This document shows positions 9,310 through 18,827 of a stretch of 64,000 nucleotides of DNA, one piece after another. Under the pieces are notes generated by a model. The model was given only the letters and a program-made list of their open reading frames with translations, was not told the DNA's origin and made no database searches. Every line of letters begins with the position of its first letter. The first letter of the stretch is position 1. This DNA comes from Candidatus Chisholmbacteria bacterium RIFCSPHIGHO2_01_FULL_52_32 (GTDB taxonomy: Bacteria > Patescibacteriota > Microgenomatia > UBA1400 > Chisholmbacteraceae): the NCBI GenBank assembly GCA_001816585.1, contig MHCJ01000003.1, positions 426,971 through 490,970 of the forward strand. The letters are read 5' to 3'. Position numbers and translations under genes: made by a program.

Positions 9310-10455
9310 ATGGCGATTGTTTTTACCAAACCGACCATCACCGGCAATGAACAAAAGTACTTCCGGCAAGCCTTACAGGCTCCTTTGACAAACCGCCACT
9401 GGGCCGGAGACGGACCGTTTACCCGAAGGTGCAGTTCTCTCATCGAAAAACGGTTCAAGGCCAGCAAAGTTCTCCTTACACCTTCCGGTACACACGCTCT
9501 CGAGCTGGCAGCTCTGCTCCTTAACCTTGGCGCAGGAGACGAAGTAATTGTCCCTTCGTTTACTTTCTCTTCGTCGATCAACTGTTTCATGCTTGCAGGA
9601 GCAAGGCCGGTGTTTGTCGACGTTCGAGAGGACACGCTCAATATCGATGAACATCTCATCGAAAAGAACATCAGCAAGCGAACGCGGGCCATTTTTCCCG
9701 TCCATTATGCGGGTGTATCCTGCAATATGAAAAAAATCAATGCGATTGCAAAAGCCCACGGGCTGGCTGTGGTCGAGGACGCGGCTCAGGCCGTGAACGC
9801 CCGCTATAACGGCAGGTATCTGGGAACCATCGGAGACTTGGGTGTCTATAGTTTCCATGAATCGAAAAATTATTCCTGCGGTGAAGGCGGTGCGCTTGTC
9901 ATCAACGATGCCGGCCTCATCGAGCTGGCGGAAATATTGCGGGAGAAGGGTACCAACAGAAGCAAATTTTTCCGGGGGGAGGTGGATAAGTATACCTGGG
10001 TTGATGTCGGATCCTCTTACCTTCTCTCGGATCTTCTGGCGGCGATCCTCTATGCCCAGCTTGAAAACCTTAACACAATTCAGCGAAGAAGGCGGCACTT
10101 GTACCGGCAATATGAACGTAAACTTCACCCACTAGCCCAGGAAGGGAAACTTCGGCTTCCCGTTATTCCAAAAGATTGCCAGACGAACTATCATATTTTT
10201 TACATCCTGTTGCCGACGGAGAGTGTGAGGAATTCCCTCATGGACTATCTTAAGAAGAAAGGTATTCTGGCGGTGTTTCATTACATTCCCCTCCATACAT
10301 CGCCGATGGGGAAACGGTTGGGATATAAAAGAGGGGATTTTCCCCTGACAGAGGAGCTGAGCGGCCGGCTGCTTCGATTACCACTCTATCCTGATCTTTC
10401 CCAAACAGAACAGCATACCGTGATACGTGCCATTCAAGAATTCTTTACCGATTGA
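9310..10455 (+). CDS. wecE: dTDP-4-amino-4,6-dideoxygalactose transaminase (DegT/DnrJ/EryC1 family)
   Basis: Near-collinear similarity to E. coli WecE as I recall it: KVLLTPSGT, GDEVIVPSFTF, HYAGV, VVEDAAQ, SFHESKNYSCGEGGALVIND, REKGTNRSKFFRGEVDKYTW, AVFHYIPLH and LLRLPLY. Confidence 0.85.
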   Translation: MAIVFTKPTITGNEQKYFRQALQAPLTNRHWAGDGPFTRRCSSLIEKRFKASKVLLTPSGTHALELAALLLNLGAGDEVIVPSFTFSSSINCFMLAGARPVFVDVREDTLNIDEHLIEKNISKRTRAIFPVHYAGVSCNMKKINAIAKAHGLAVVEDAAQAVNARYNGRYLGTIGDLGVYSFHESKNYSCGEGGALVINDAGLIELAEILREKGTNRSKFFRGEVDKYTWVDVGSSYLLSDLLAAILYAQLENLNTIQRRRRHLYRQYERKLHPLAQEGKLRLPVIPKDCQTNYHIFYILLPTESVRNSLMDYLKKKGILAVFHYIPLHTSPMGKRLGYKRGDFPLTEELSGRLLRLPLYPDLSQTEQHTVIRAIQEFFTD

Positions 10456-10489
10456 TCACAGAGAAACACTTCTTTCCTCTTTATCTTTT

Positions 10490-11665
10490 TCAGTGATGAT
10501 AGTCACGACCGCGATGTTTTGTTTGTGAATCTTTCATGAGTGTTGAGCGAATGATACGCTCAAATTCCTCCATCCTTCTTTCGTACGTGTGATCTTTCAG
10601 CGTACGTATCTGTCCGGCTTTTGCGATCTTTTTTCTTTCCCCTTCATGAGAGAGAAAATAGTTGATTTTCCGGACAGCATCGTCTGCATCTTTGTAGGTT
10701 ACGGCCTCCCTGCCTACACGGAAAAATTCTTTGAGATTGTCTTTTGCATCGGTTAGGAGCATGGCTCCTGCCCCTGTCGCTTCAAAGAGGCGGTGGTTGT
10801 TTGCGTATATTTTTTTTACCGGAGCGACATCACCGTGGCGGTTAAACACGATTTTCGCGTTGTGATAAATATTGAACATCCTGAGGCCCCAAGCTTCTCC
10901 CTGATAATATTTCATAAGGGGAGAAGTACTTGGGAGCAGTTTCTTGACTCCGTAGCCCCAAATTTTCATCGGAACTTTCCTGACAATTTCCTCCATCACC
11001 CGTATCTCATCGAGGTGAGCCGTGGTAAACCCGCCGACAAAAACTACAGCGTGCTGTTTTTTTTGCTTCTTCACTTTCTTGAGAATACGTTTGTAAAACG
11101 CGTGTGCCATATATCTCGCTCGAATTCCCCTTTTTTCCATGTAACGAACCAGGTTCGGAAGCGAGCTTATAACAAGGTCATATTCCCGGAGCCAGGCGAA
11201 TTTATCGAAACTATACGCGATCTGACCGACAACTCCGATTCTGGTTGCCTGTTTAATCTTTCTGATCCATTCCGGCGGAAAGAGCTTGACGTTTCTTACT
11301 AAAACGATGTCGGGTTTCTGCAATCGAACCTCCTCTGCGACCATCGGTAGCCCGTATTTCAACCAGTTGGTTCTCGTTATTACCTTTCGATAAAGGAAAT
11401 TCGGCAATCTGTCAGCGATCTTCAGTAGATCGCTCTCCCAGTTCCTCCTCAACCAAAGTCGGATCAGTACGGTATCGTTCATAATGAGATCGATCGCATC
11501 GTGCCCCATTCTTCTCAGATTATAGGAATATGCATCTCCTATTCCGAATTGTCTCTTTAGGAGTGCATTCCTTGTTTTCCCGTAATCAAGCCGCCTGTCA
11601 TCGCGGCGGCCATAGAAGCTGTCTAAAAATGGTTTGTAGTAGGTGTGAACGGTGATGATTTTCAT
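10490..11665 (-). CDS. Glycosyltransferase, CgeB/YkvP-like (Glyco_trans_1_2 / DUF3880 type)
   Basis: VVFVGGFTTAHLDEIRVMEEI...RLFEATGAGAMLLTD...TYERRMEEF resembles the CgeB spore-maturation-type GT-B C-terminal domain. Confidence 0.55.
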   Translation of the reverse strand: MKIITVHTYYKPFLDSFYGRRDDRRLDYGKTRNALLKRQFGIGDAYSYNLRRMGHDAIDLIMNDTVLIRLWLRRNWESDLLKIADRLPNFLYRKVITRTNWLKYGLPMVAEEVRLQKPDIVLVRNVKLFPPEWIRKIKQATRIGVVGQIAYSFDKFAWLREYDLVISSLPNLVRYMEKRGIRARYMAHAFYKRILKKVKKQKKQHAVVFVGGFTTAHLDEIRVMEEIVRKVPMKIWGYGVKKLLPSTSPLMKYYQGEAWGLRMFNIYHNAKIVFNRHGDVAPVKKIYANNHRLFEATGAGAMLLTDAKDNLKEFFRVGREAVTYKDADDAVRKINYFLSHEGERKKIAKAGQIRTLKDHTYERRMEEFERIIRSTLMKDSQTKHRGRDYHH

Positions 11666-11683
11666 GCTTTCGGAGAGGCTTAA

Positions 11684-12682
11684 CTAACAAGGAAGCCCTT
11701 TTATTTTTCGTCTCAGACACCAAAGGAGACCCCGTAGCATCATAAACAATCTGTGCAGAAAGTATCTCATATCATAGAGGCTCAGCTCAACGCGCTTCCC
11801 GGTAAAGGGGGAGGTCAGTACAAGCGACGGGAAGAGACAGGCTGTGATATCCAGGAATCTGAAGAGCACCCGCTTGTAATTTCGCATTTTATACCGAGAC
11901 GGGCAGCTGAGGCGAATGAGATGATAGGAAGTGATGATATTCGACTTTGAGCGTTTCGAAAAAAGCAATTGCCGCCATTCTTTCAAACTAATCGTCCGTC
12001 GTTTGAACGATGTCCCTCCTGGTGAGGCGCTGTTTTGGACCCTCGTCTCAAATGAGAACACCATCGGAATGCCGTACCGTTTGGCCCTGAGGAAAAACTC
12101 GTAGTCAGCTCCGTAATGTACCAGCCGTTTGCTGAAGTTTCCGATGTGATGAAATACTTCAATGGGCACCAGAGTCCCGCGACCATTGAAGGTATTGATG
12201 TCCGTTGTCCATTTCTTTCTGGTCAGATCGCTGGGGACTTCTAAGGGAATTGCGCCCCCTTGTTCCCAGTCCATGAACACCGGAGCTCCCGTGAGTTTCC
12301 GCTTATTCAATTCGTCATAGCATGGAGACCCAACAATGGCGCGTTTATGATCAAGGCTCACTGAGACGATTTTTTTTACATAATGCCCGTCAAACGTCGT
12401 GTCATCGTTCATCAACAGTACGAAATCACCCTTTCCCGATCTCATTAGGATATGTTCTACTCCCATCCGCATCGCACCTCCCCACCAGAGATTTCCATTG
12501 CCTTTCAATGCAGTCACGTGCGGATATTCTCTGCTTAACATCTCGGTCGTGCCGTCTGTGGTGCCATCGTCTATAACCACTGTTTCCACATTCTTATAGC
12601 TCTGCATGCGGACACAGCGCAGGCACTTCCGGAGCAATTCCTTTCGATTGTGGGTCGGGATGAGGATGAAGACTTTATGCAT
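11684..12682 (-). CDS. Glycosyltransferase family 2
   Basis: N-terminal GT-A motif ILIPTHNRKELLRKCLRCV...ETVVIDDGTTDGT, and a DxD-like NDDT. Confidence 0.8.
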   Translation of the reverse strand: MHKVFILIPTHNRKELLRKCLRCVRMQSYKNVETVVIDDGTTDGTTEMLSREYPHVTALKGNGNLWWGGAMRMGVEHILMRSGKGDFVLLMNDDTTFDGHYVKKIVSVSLDHKRAIVGSPCYDELNKRKLTGAPVFMDWEQGGAIPLEVPSDLTRKKWTTDINTFNGRGTLVPIEVFHHIGNFSKRLVHYGADYEFFLRAKRYGIPMVFSFETRVQNSASPGGTSFKRRTISLKEWRQLLFSKRSKSNIITSYHLIRLSCPSRYKMRNYKRVLFRFLDITACLFPSLVLTSPFTGKRVELSLYDMRYFLHRLFMMLRGLLWCLRRKIKGLPC

Positions 12683-13859
12683 GCGTTATCGACTTTCCGA
12701 TAAACATTTTGATTCGCCTTGCCCGGTTGTCCCAACTAAGGCCTTCTGCCAGAAAATACGCAAGTTTCGCGCGGCTGTTTGCCTTGATAGAGTCCTTCAG
12801 CACTCTGAGAATTCCTTCGGCAAGTGCCTGCGGGTCATTCGGACGGACAAACACGGCAGACTCGTCGCCGAGAATCTCCCGCAGCGCCGGAAGGTCGGAG
12901 GCGACGATAGGGCGTTTGGCTGCCATATAATCGAGCATCTTCATGGGTGTAGTAAAAAATTCGGATTCTTCATCGGTGACAATATTGGGCAGGACACAGA
13001 CATCAGCTGCCGAGAGATATGTTGGGATCCTCCTTCTCTCTTGGAATCCGATGAGCGTGACCTGGGTAAGGCTATTTTTTACTATTACGCTTTTAAGCGG
13101 CTCGATATTTCTGTCTGCCTCACTCCCTCCCACTAAAACAACCTTCACATTCTTCGAGAGGTTATTGGCTGCTTCCAAGAGGACATAGACTCCTTTTGAA
13201 ACATAGAAATTTCCGAGATACAAGACAATGTGTTGGTTTCGTGGTAAACCAAGCTGTTGCCTCGCCGTGAGTTTTGGAATCATCTTTTCCGAAAGAGAGA
13301 GGTCCGCACCATTTGGAGCAACAAGGATTTTTTCTTCGGCTACACCTTCTGATTCGACCTTTTTTAAAAGAAATCGATTCGTGACCACGATTCCGTTGGC
13401 TCTTTTTAGGATCTGTCTTAAAACCGCTTTCCCCGCCGTCGTCTTCGGAAACGTGTGAAGCTCGAGGAAAAGGTTTTTCCTTACAAAACTTAAGAGAACG
13501 AAAAGATAGGGATCACGAGTAAAGAGTGTCGCTGGTAAATGAATGAGTCCAAAAATCGTCACCGAGAAGAGGAACGTAATTGTCTCTAATGCGTATAAAA
13601 ACCTACCGAGTCGGGGAAATGGCTTGTAAAGGAAAAACCAGTCAATGCATGGAAGATAGATCGGTTTAATCTCGCAGGAAAGATCGTAAAACTCCCCGGG
13701 AGAAAGCTTCTCAAAGACCCGCCTTTTCGGGATAACCAGATTCACATTGATATGTTTCCGTGTGAGCGCCTCAATTGTCTTGGCGATTTGGAGACCATGC
13801 GCTTTCTCCGTTGGAAAGCGGGCATTGGCGATATAGGTTAAACTCATTTTACTGTTCAT
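12675..13859 (-). CDS. Glycosyltransferase family 4
   Basis: LTYIANARFPTEKAHGLQI N-terminus (EX7E-type) and a C-terminal GT-B domain VLYLGNFYVSKG...AADVCVLPN. Confidence 0.8.
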   Translation of the reverse strand: MNSKMSLTYIANARFPTEKAHGLQIAKTIEALTRKHINVNLVIPKRRVFEKLSPGEFYDLSCEIKPIYLPCIDWFFLYKPFPRLGRFLYALETITFLFSVTIFGLIHLPATLFTRDPYLFVLLSFVRKNLFLELHTFPKTTAGKAVLRQILKRANGIVVTNRFLLKKVESEGVAEEKILVAPNGADLSLSEKMIPKLTARQQLGLPRNQHIVLYLGNFYVSKGVYVLLEAANNLSKNVKVVLVGGSEADRNIEPLKSVIVKNSLTQVTLIGFQERRRIPTYLSAADVCVLPNIVTDEESEFFTTPMKMLDYMAAKRPIVASDLPALREILGDESAVFVRPNDPQALAEGILRVLKDSIKANSRAKLAYFLAEGLSWDNRARRIKMFIGKSITHA

Positions 13860-13980
13860 CCGGTCACATGAGCCGCAACAGCCAGCCTTTCTCTAACGCT
13901 CTACCTTGGTGAATATCATCTATCGACTATATTATAATTTGTGATTGGACAGTTACTACTTGGATTATATAGGATATATC
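13860..13980. promoter_or_regulatory. Divergent intergenic region (121 nt) with a TATAAT hexamer at 13933..13938; putative promoters for the GT4 operon (-) and the oxidoreductase/GT2 operon (+)
   Basis: It is the only sizeable AT-rich non-coding gap in this part of the window. TATAAT sits 42 nt upstream of the ATG at 13981. The -35 element is unclear. Confidence 0.3.
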
Positions 13981-14907
13981 ATGATGAAACGACTGCGTAT
14001 TGGCCTTGTCGGTTGCGGGAACTGGGGAAAAAATATTCTCCGAGATCTTATCAGCTTGGGTTGTGAGATTCACGTCGTAGCCCGATCAAAAGAATCAAAA
14101 CAAAGAGCCAAGCAATACGGTGCAACCAAGATCGTTTCTTCAGTCGGTGAGCTTTCCATGCCTCATGGCTTCATCGTTGCGACTCCAAGCGCAACTCATG
14201 CAGATGTTATCGATCAGCTCATCGGAGAATATCCTGGTATCCCAATATATACGGAAAAACCCTTAGCAATAGATTTGGCCGGTGCGAAACGGTTAGCAAG
14301 AAAAGCTGCAGGAACGCTGTTTGTCATGGATAAATGGCGCTATCATGCCGGGATTCATGCCCTTCGAGACATAGCACGAAAAAAAGAGTTCGGTCGGGTT
14401 TTGGGTTTGAAATGTACGAGAGTCCAGTGGGGCAAACCGCACGACGATGCTGACTGTATCTGGCATATGACACCGCATGATTTGGCTATCACTCTGGAGA
14501 TCCTGGAATTGATTCCTGAGCCCGTGTTTGCAAGAGGTGAAATTGTTGGCGAAGAAGCAACCGGGATACTAGGTGTTCTTGGATCGAACCCCTGGGTAGT
14601 CATCACTGTATCATGCCGTTATCCGGACCGGAAAAGAGAGATACGTTTATTTTGCGAGGAAGCGGTCGCGGTACTCGATGATGCATACGGTGATCATATC
14701 AGCATTGCGTTGTCATCCAGCCTGAATAAAAAAGATTCACCAGCTATCATTTCTCGCTTAATTTCAACAAAGATGCCGCTAAAAAAGGAGCTTGAAGCTT
14801 TTGTTGCTTTTCTCCGCGGTGGACCTCCTCCCAAGAGCAGCAGTGCAGAGGGAGCGCTGATCGTCAAGCGTATCTCCCAGTTACGGAAACTGGCCAACCT
14901 GGATTAA
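13981..14907 (+). CDS. Gfo/Idh/MocA-family NAD(P)-dependent oxidoreductase (sugar-nucleotide dehydrogenase-like)
   Basis: Rossmann N-terminus RIGLVGCGNWGKNILRDL, then EKPLA. I chose the ATG at 13981; the track start at 13945 is TTG. Confidence 0.7.
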   Translation: MMKRLRIGLVGCGNWGKNILRDLISLGCEIHVVARSKESKQRAKQYGATKIVSSVGELSMPHGFIVATPSATHADVIDQLIGEYPGIPIYTEKPLAIDLAGAKRLARKAAGTLFVMDKWRYHAGIHALRDIARKKEFGRVLGLKCTRVQWGKPHDDADCIWHMTPHDLAITLEILELIPEPVFARGEIVGEEATGILGVLGSNPWVVITVSCRYPDRKREIRLFCEEAVAVLDDAYGDHISIALSSSLNKKDSPAIISRLISTKMPLKKELEAFVAFLRGGPPPKSSSAEGALIVKRISQLRKLANLD

Positions 14908-14911
14908 TTTC

Positions 14912-15814
14912 ATGAGCGTCCAAGCCACGGTCTTAGTTCCCACGTACAATCATGGCCCGACGTTGCGCCCCTCGGTGCAAAGTGCCCTGGATCAGACGGT
15001 ACAGGATATCGAAGTTTTTATCGTGGGTGATGGATTACCTGCAGCGACCCGTTCGATAGTCGAAGAGCTCAGAGCGAAGGACTCTCGAATCACGTTTTTC
15101 TCCCATCCCAAGGGTCCCAGACATGGAGAGATCTTCCGGCATGAGGCGTTGAATCAGGCTCGGGGAAAGATCGTTTGCTATCTGTCTGACGATGATTTAT
15201 GGCTTCCGGATCATATCGCCTACAGCCTTGAACTTTTAAAAGATGGCAATTTTGCCCATTCGCTCCCGCTACGGATCAGCACATCGGGTTTGTTTGAGAC
15301 TTGGCCGGGTAACTTATCGCTCTCGTTTTGGCGGGAATACATTATGAATGGGCACAACTTCATTCCGCTAAGCACTGCTACGCACACTCTCCGACTCTAC
15401 AAGTCTCTGCCATTCGGATGGAGAACGACTCCAAAAGGAGTTCACACAGACCTCTATATGTGGCAACAAATCCTTGCTCATCCGGCATGCCGTCCGGTGA
15501 GCGGCACGAGACCCACCGTGCTGCACTTTCACACTAAAGGAAGAGACGGTTGGACCCCACGGAAAAGGGCGGATGAGCTAAGACTGTGGAGTCAAAAAAT
15601 GAAAAACCCTCGCTTCTTCGGAGTATTACTCATCGACGTTGTACACCATCTTGCAACAGAACGTGCCCGCTTCCATGCCGAGAAGGACGATCTTAAAAAA
15701 TACATTCAGAAGATAGGATGGCGGTCGATCTGGGGTGTGTATAACTGGCTCTTAGATCAGCCCCTGACCGGTTCTATGTTGAAGAAGCGTGCCAAGCCGG
15801 CATCTGACTCATGA
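14912..15814 (+). CDS. Glycosyltransferase family 2
   Basis: VLVPTYNHGPTLRPSVQSALDQT...FIVGDG, then YLSDDD as the DxD. Confidence 0.75.
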   Translation: MSVQATVLVPTYNHGPTLRPSVQSALDQTVQDIEVFIVGDGLPAATRSIVEELRAKDSRITFFSHPKGPRHGEIFRHEALNQARGKIVCYLSDDDLWLPDHIAYSLELLKDGNFAHSLPLRISTSGLFETWPGNLSLSFWREYIMNGHNFIPLSTATHTLRLYKSLPFGWRTTPKGVHTDLYMWQQILAHPACRPVSGTRPTVLHFHTKGRDGWTPRKRADELRLWSQKMKNPRFFGVLLIDVVHHLATERARFHAEKDDLKKYIQKIGWRSIWGVYNWLLDQPLTGSMLKKRAKPASDS

Positions 15815-16310
15815 TGCTCTTCAGGGGCGGAAGTTTTACGTCCCGCTCCGTAAGAATCGGATCGGATGCGGGCCATGTGATTCCTGCGTCAGGATCTGCA
15901 AAATAGAATCCCAGCTCGTCTTCTTTGTCGTAGTATTCGGTGACTCCATAGACGTAGATTGAGGGTTTGAAAAAGTAAAATCCGTGCGCCACTCCGGGTG
16001 GGATGATCACAGACTGAGGATGTTTGCCCTCAATGTGGACCATCGATACCAGACCTTCTGTCGGAGATCCCTTTCGCAAATCTTTCAGTGCGTAGACGGC
16101 TTTTCCTTCAAAGATGATGACGTAATCGAAGTGCTTGATATGCACCCGCATTCCCCTGAGCGCATTTTTTTTGGACTTGACAACATTCCATTGGATGAGG
16201 GGTAATTCCTCAATCCACTTCTGTTTAAACACTTCCATAAAATACCCACGGGGGTCAACGTGTTTGGTTAAATCGCTGATCTTGACACCATCTGGGAGGT
16301 TTTGTGGCAT
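15774..16310 (-). CDS. rmlC: dTDP-4-dehydrorhamnose 3,5-epimerase-like cupin (RmlC family)
   Basis: DPRGYFMEVFK, ALRGMRVH, PPGVAHGFYF and EYYDKEDE match RmlC catalytic-region patterns. Its 3' end overlaps the convergent upstream gene by 41 nt. Confidence 0.7.
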   Translation of the reverse strand: MPQNLPDGVKISDLTKHVDPRGYFMEVFKQKWIEELPLIQWNVVKSKKNALRGMRVHIKHFDYVIIFEGKAVYALKDLRKGSPTEGLVSMVHIEGKHPQSVIIPPGVAHGFYFFKPSIYVYGVTEYYDKEDELGFYFADPDAGITWPASDPILTERDVKLPPLKSIMSQMPAWHASST

Positions 16311-16388
16311 ACACGAACAATCAGCCTTCAGTATAACATTTTGAAAAAATATCGGGCAGGATTGAGAAAAAGAACCGCTTGTCTGTTT

Positions 16389-17453
16389 TTATGCGTTTAT
16401 CAGTTCTTCGAGAATCTGCTTCACCTGTTTTCCAGCGATCCTAGGGGTGATGGTTTTCATGAGCGTTCGATATCCATGTTCAGCTTTCTGTTGCGCCTCG
16501 CGCGGATGAGATTTTGCCCAGAGGATCTTTTCAGCCAGCTTATTCGGACTCTGACGCGGACAAAAGATGCAGTCCTCGTCGCTGAAGATTTCTCGAGTGG
16601 CTTTGGTGTCTGCAACAATCGTCGGCAGTTTCATGCTCAGCGCTTCATATACTTTATTAGGAATAACTCGGGCAGCCTTGCCGCTTTTACCGAACGGTCC
16701 GGCGAGAAACACGCCGGCGTTGGCTGCCCGTTCCGGCAGCTGTTCATACTTCACCCTTGGAAATATCCTTAGCTTTTTCAACGGCTCCTCTTCCAACATC
16801 CGGCGTACCTTTTCAAAATCGTGCCCATCGCCGAGAAGATGAAATTCGATATCGCTCTCTTTTAGGATCCTCGCGGCTTGTACTATAACCGGTACCCCTT
16901 GGAGGGGGATGAACTTGCCGTGATAATAGGCGATCCACTTGTCTGTCTTTCTTTTTCGGGGTCTAAAAATACTGGTGTGGGTACCGACCAACACGCGATG
17001 GCACTTGTCTTTGTTGATGCCGAAGGTTTTCCGAAAGTATCGTATGTGCTGCTCGGTATCAAAAAGCAGTGCATCGGGCAGTATGCAAGAAATCTTATCG
17101 AGGAAGTAAAACCACCTGGCTATGAATGAATTTTCCTTTACCAATTCCCTGTCGAAGACATTGGTATCATACAATGAAATAAACACATCGAAGACGAGGG
17201 GGGTACCTGTCAAGAGGGAGGCGAGTTTGGCGATTATGACATCTCCGTGACCCGGTACACCGACGATCATGGCATCGAAGGGTCCGTATCTCATAAACTT
17301 GAAAAGCAGGGATATCCATCTGAAGCGAAAAGGAGCGGAACTCCTGCATTCAATCACCTTCACACCATTCTGCCTCAGACCCATCATGAGAATGTCGTTT
17401 CTGGGAAAGTGATCCCGGCTCTGGTAGTTGCCGAAATAGGCGACCTTCATCAT
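16389..17453 (-). CDS. Glycosyltransferase (GT-B, GT4-like)
   Basis: C-terminal PNKVYEALSMKLPTIVADTKATREIF. I chose the ATG pair MMKVAYFGNY at 17453; the track start at 17528 is TTG. Confidence 0.7.
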   Translation of the reverse strand: MMKVAYFGNYQSRDHFPRNDILMMGLRQNGVKVIECRSSAPFRFRWISLLFKFMRYGPFDAMIVGVPGHGDVIIAKLASLLTGTPLVFDVFISLYDTNVFDRELVKENSFIARWFYFLDKISCILPDALLFDTEQHIRYFRKTFGINKDKCHRVLVGTHTSIFRPRKRKTDKWIAYYHGKFIPLQGVPVIVQAARILKESDIEFHLLGDGHDFEKVRRMLEEEPLKKLRIFPRVKYEQLPERAANAGVFLAGPFGKSGKAARVIPNKVYEALSMKLPTIVADTKATREIFSDEDCIFCPRQSPNKLAEKILWAKSHPREAQQKAEHGYRTLMKTITPRIAGKQVKQILEELINA

Positions 17454-17690
17454 CGATTCCTTGAAATAATCTGTATCACATCGACATTCTGCAAGTCTAT
17501 ACTGCCATGTACAGGGACAGTCAGTCAAAATTATTTGTCATTGAGCGTGCGATTGCGATTTAAAAGGTCCTCCACAGTCATGAGAAATTATAGCAGCTCA
17601 TATGGTATCCTAACGGTAATTCCCGCGCGTCTGTAGTTTCGAGTGAGGAAGGATTCATCCGAATTAGATTATCGTTTTCCGAGAGCAGCT
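17454..17690. promoter_or_regulatory. Divergent intergenic region between GT4 (-) and the DegT aminotransferase (+); putative promoters
   Basis: About 237 nt non-coding if the GT4 gene starts at 17453. Contains TTGTCA and TTTAAA-like hexamers. Confidence 0.25.
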
Positions 17691-18827
17691 ATGAAAATCC
17701 CAAAGCACATTTCGCATTTCGAGCCGATTGTCGGCAAGGCGGAAAAGATCGAACTCATGAGGACTATCGACTCAACCTGGATCTCTGAAGGCAAACGGAC
17801 GCGCGAATTTGAGAAGAGGATTGCAAAGCTGTCCGGTGCTTCTTACGCGATCGCGGTGAATAACGGCACTGTCGGTTTGCTCGTCTCCCTTATCGCGCTT
17901 GGTATCAAACCCAACCAAGAGGTCCTTGTACCAGACCTTACGTATCTTGCGACTGTGAGTGCAATCGCTTTCTTAGGTGCTAAACCGGTGCCGGTTGATA
18001 TCGACCCAACCACGCTCCAGCTTGATGTGAATGGTTTAAAACGGCATCTCACAAAACAGACAGTTGGCGTTCTTCCGGTCCACCTCTACGGGATGTGTGT
18101 TGATATGGATCCTTTGCTTGAGTTTGCACGGGAACATCATCTCTGGGTGCTTGAAGATGCGGCAGAGGCGATCGGTGTTGGCTATAAAGGACGGCAGGTT
18201 GGTGCACTCGGTGATCTCGGTGTGTTTAGCTTCTATGCCAACAAGCTCATCACGACCGGGGAAGGTGGCTGTGTTGTGACCAACAGCAAGAGGCTTTCTG
18301 AGTTCGTCTTCCGCTTCATTCACGGAGGGAGGGAGCGCGGAAGCTATTGGGGAACATCACTGGGACTCAATTTCTGTTTTACCGATCTTCAGGCAGCTCT
18401 CGGGCTTTCGCAGCTAAAGCGACTGCGATCCCAAATCCGACGGAGACAGCATACTGACCGCCTTTATCGATCCTTGCTTTCCGATATCCGAGCCGTACAC
18501 TTCCTTGAAGCGCCAAGCTTCTGTACACCAACCTACTGGTTTACCAATATCTTTGTTCCCGATCCGCAAAAGCTGTCCATGCATCTGCGAAAGCACGGTA
18601 TTGAGACGAGGAGGATTTTCCCGCCTCTTCATCGTCAGCCGTTCCTCAAAAAGGCACTCGGGAAAACGAACAAGACGTATCCGCATTCAAACTGGGCGTA
18701 TTTCCATGGCCTTTCTCTCCCGTCCGGTCCCGGGCTAGCCGACGCGGATGTGCGATACATTTGCGGGGTGCTGCGTACCTTCTACCGCAAGTTCAGTCCT
18801 TCGGGACGAGGAAATTCACCTCGATAA
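17691..18827 (+). CDS. DegT/DnrJ/EryC1-family PLP-dependent sugar aminotransferase
   Basis: VNNGTVGL, LEDAAEAIG and FSFYANKLITTGEGGCVVTN (PLP-lysine region). ATG at 17691; the track start at 17643 is GTG. Confidence 0.8.
   Translation: MKIPKHISHFEPIVGKAEKIELMRTIDSTWISEGKRTREFEKRIAKLSGASYAIAVNNGTVGLLVSLIALGIKPNQEVLVPDLTYLATVSAIAFLGAKPVPVDIDPTTLQLDVNGLKRHLTKQTVGVLPVHLYGMCVDMDPLLEFAREHHLWVLEDAAEAIGVGYKGRQVGALGDLGVFSFYANKLITTGEGGCVVTNSKRLSEFVFRFIHGGRERGSYWGTSLGLNFCFTDLQAALGLSQLKRLRSQIRRRQHTDRLYRSLLSDIRAVHFLEAPSFCTPTYWFTNIFVPDPQKLSMHLRKHGIETRRIFPPLHRQPFLKKALGKTNKTYPHSNWAYFHGLSLPSGPGLADADVRYICGVLRTFYRKFSPSGRGNSPR

Noticed and set aside
10456-10489. Intrinsic terminator between the convergent wecE and CgeB-like genes
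   Set aside because: The 34-nt gap contains no GC-rich inverted repeat followed by a T-run. Convergent genes elsewhere simply overlap.
13945-13980. Longer N-terminus (MDSYYLDYIGYIM...) for the Gfo/Idh/MocA gene
   Set aside because: The track start is TTG. The ATG at 13981 gives the canonical MKRLRIGLVGCGNWG Rossmann start, so the extension was not adopted.
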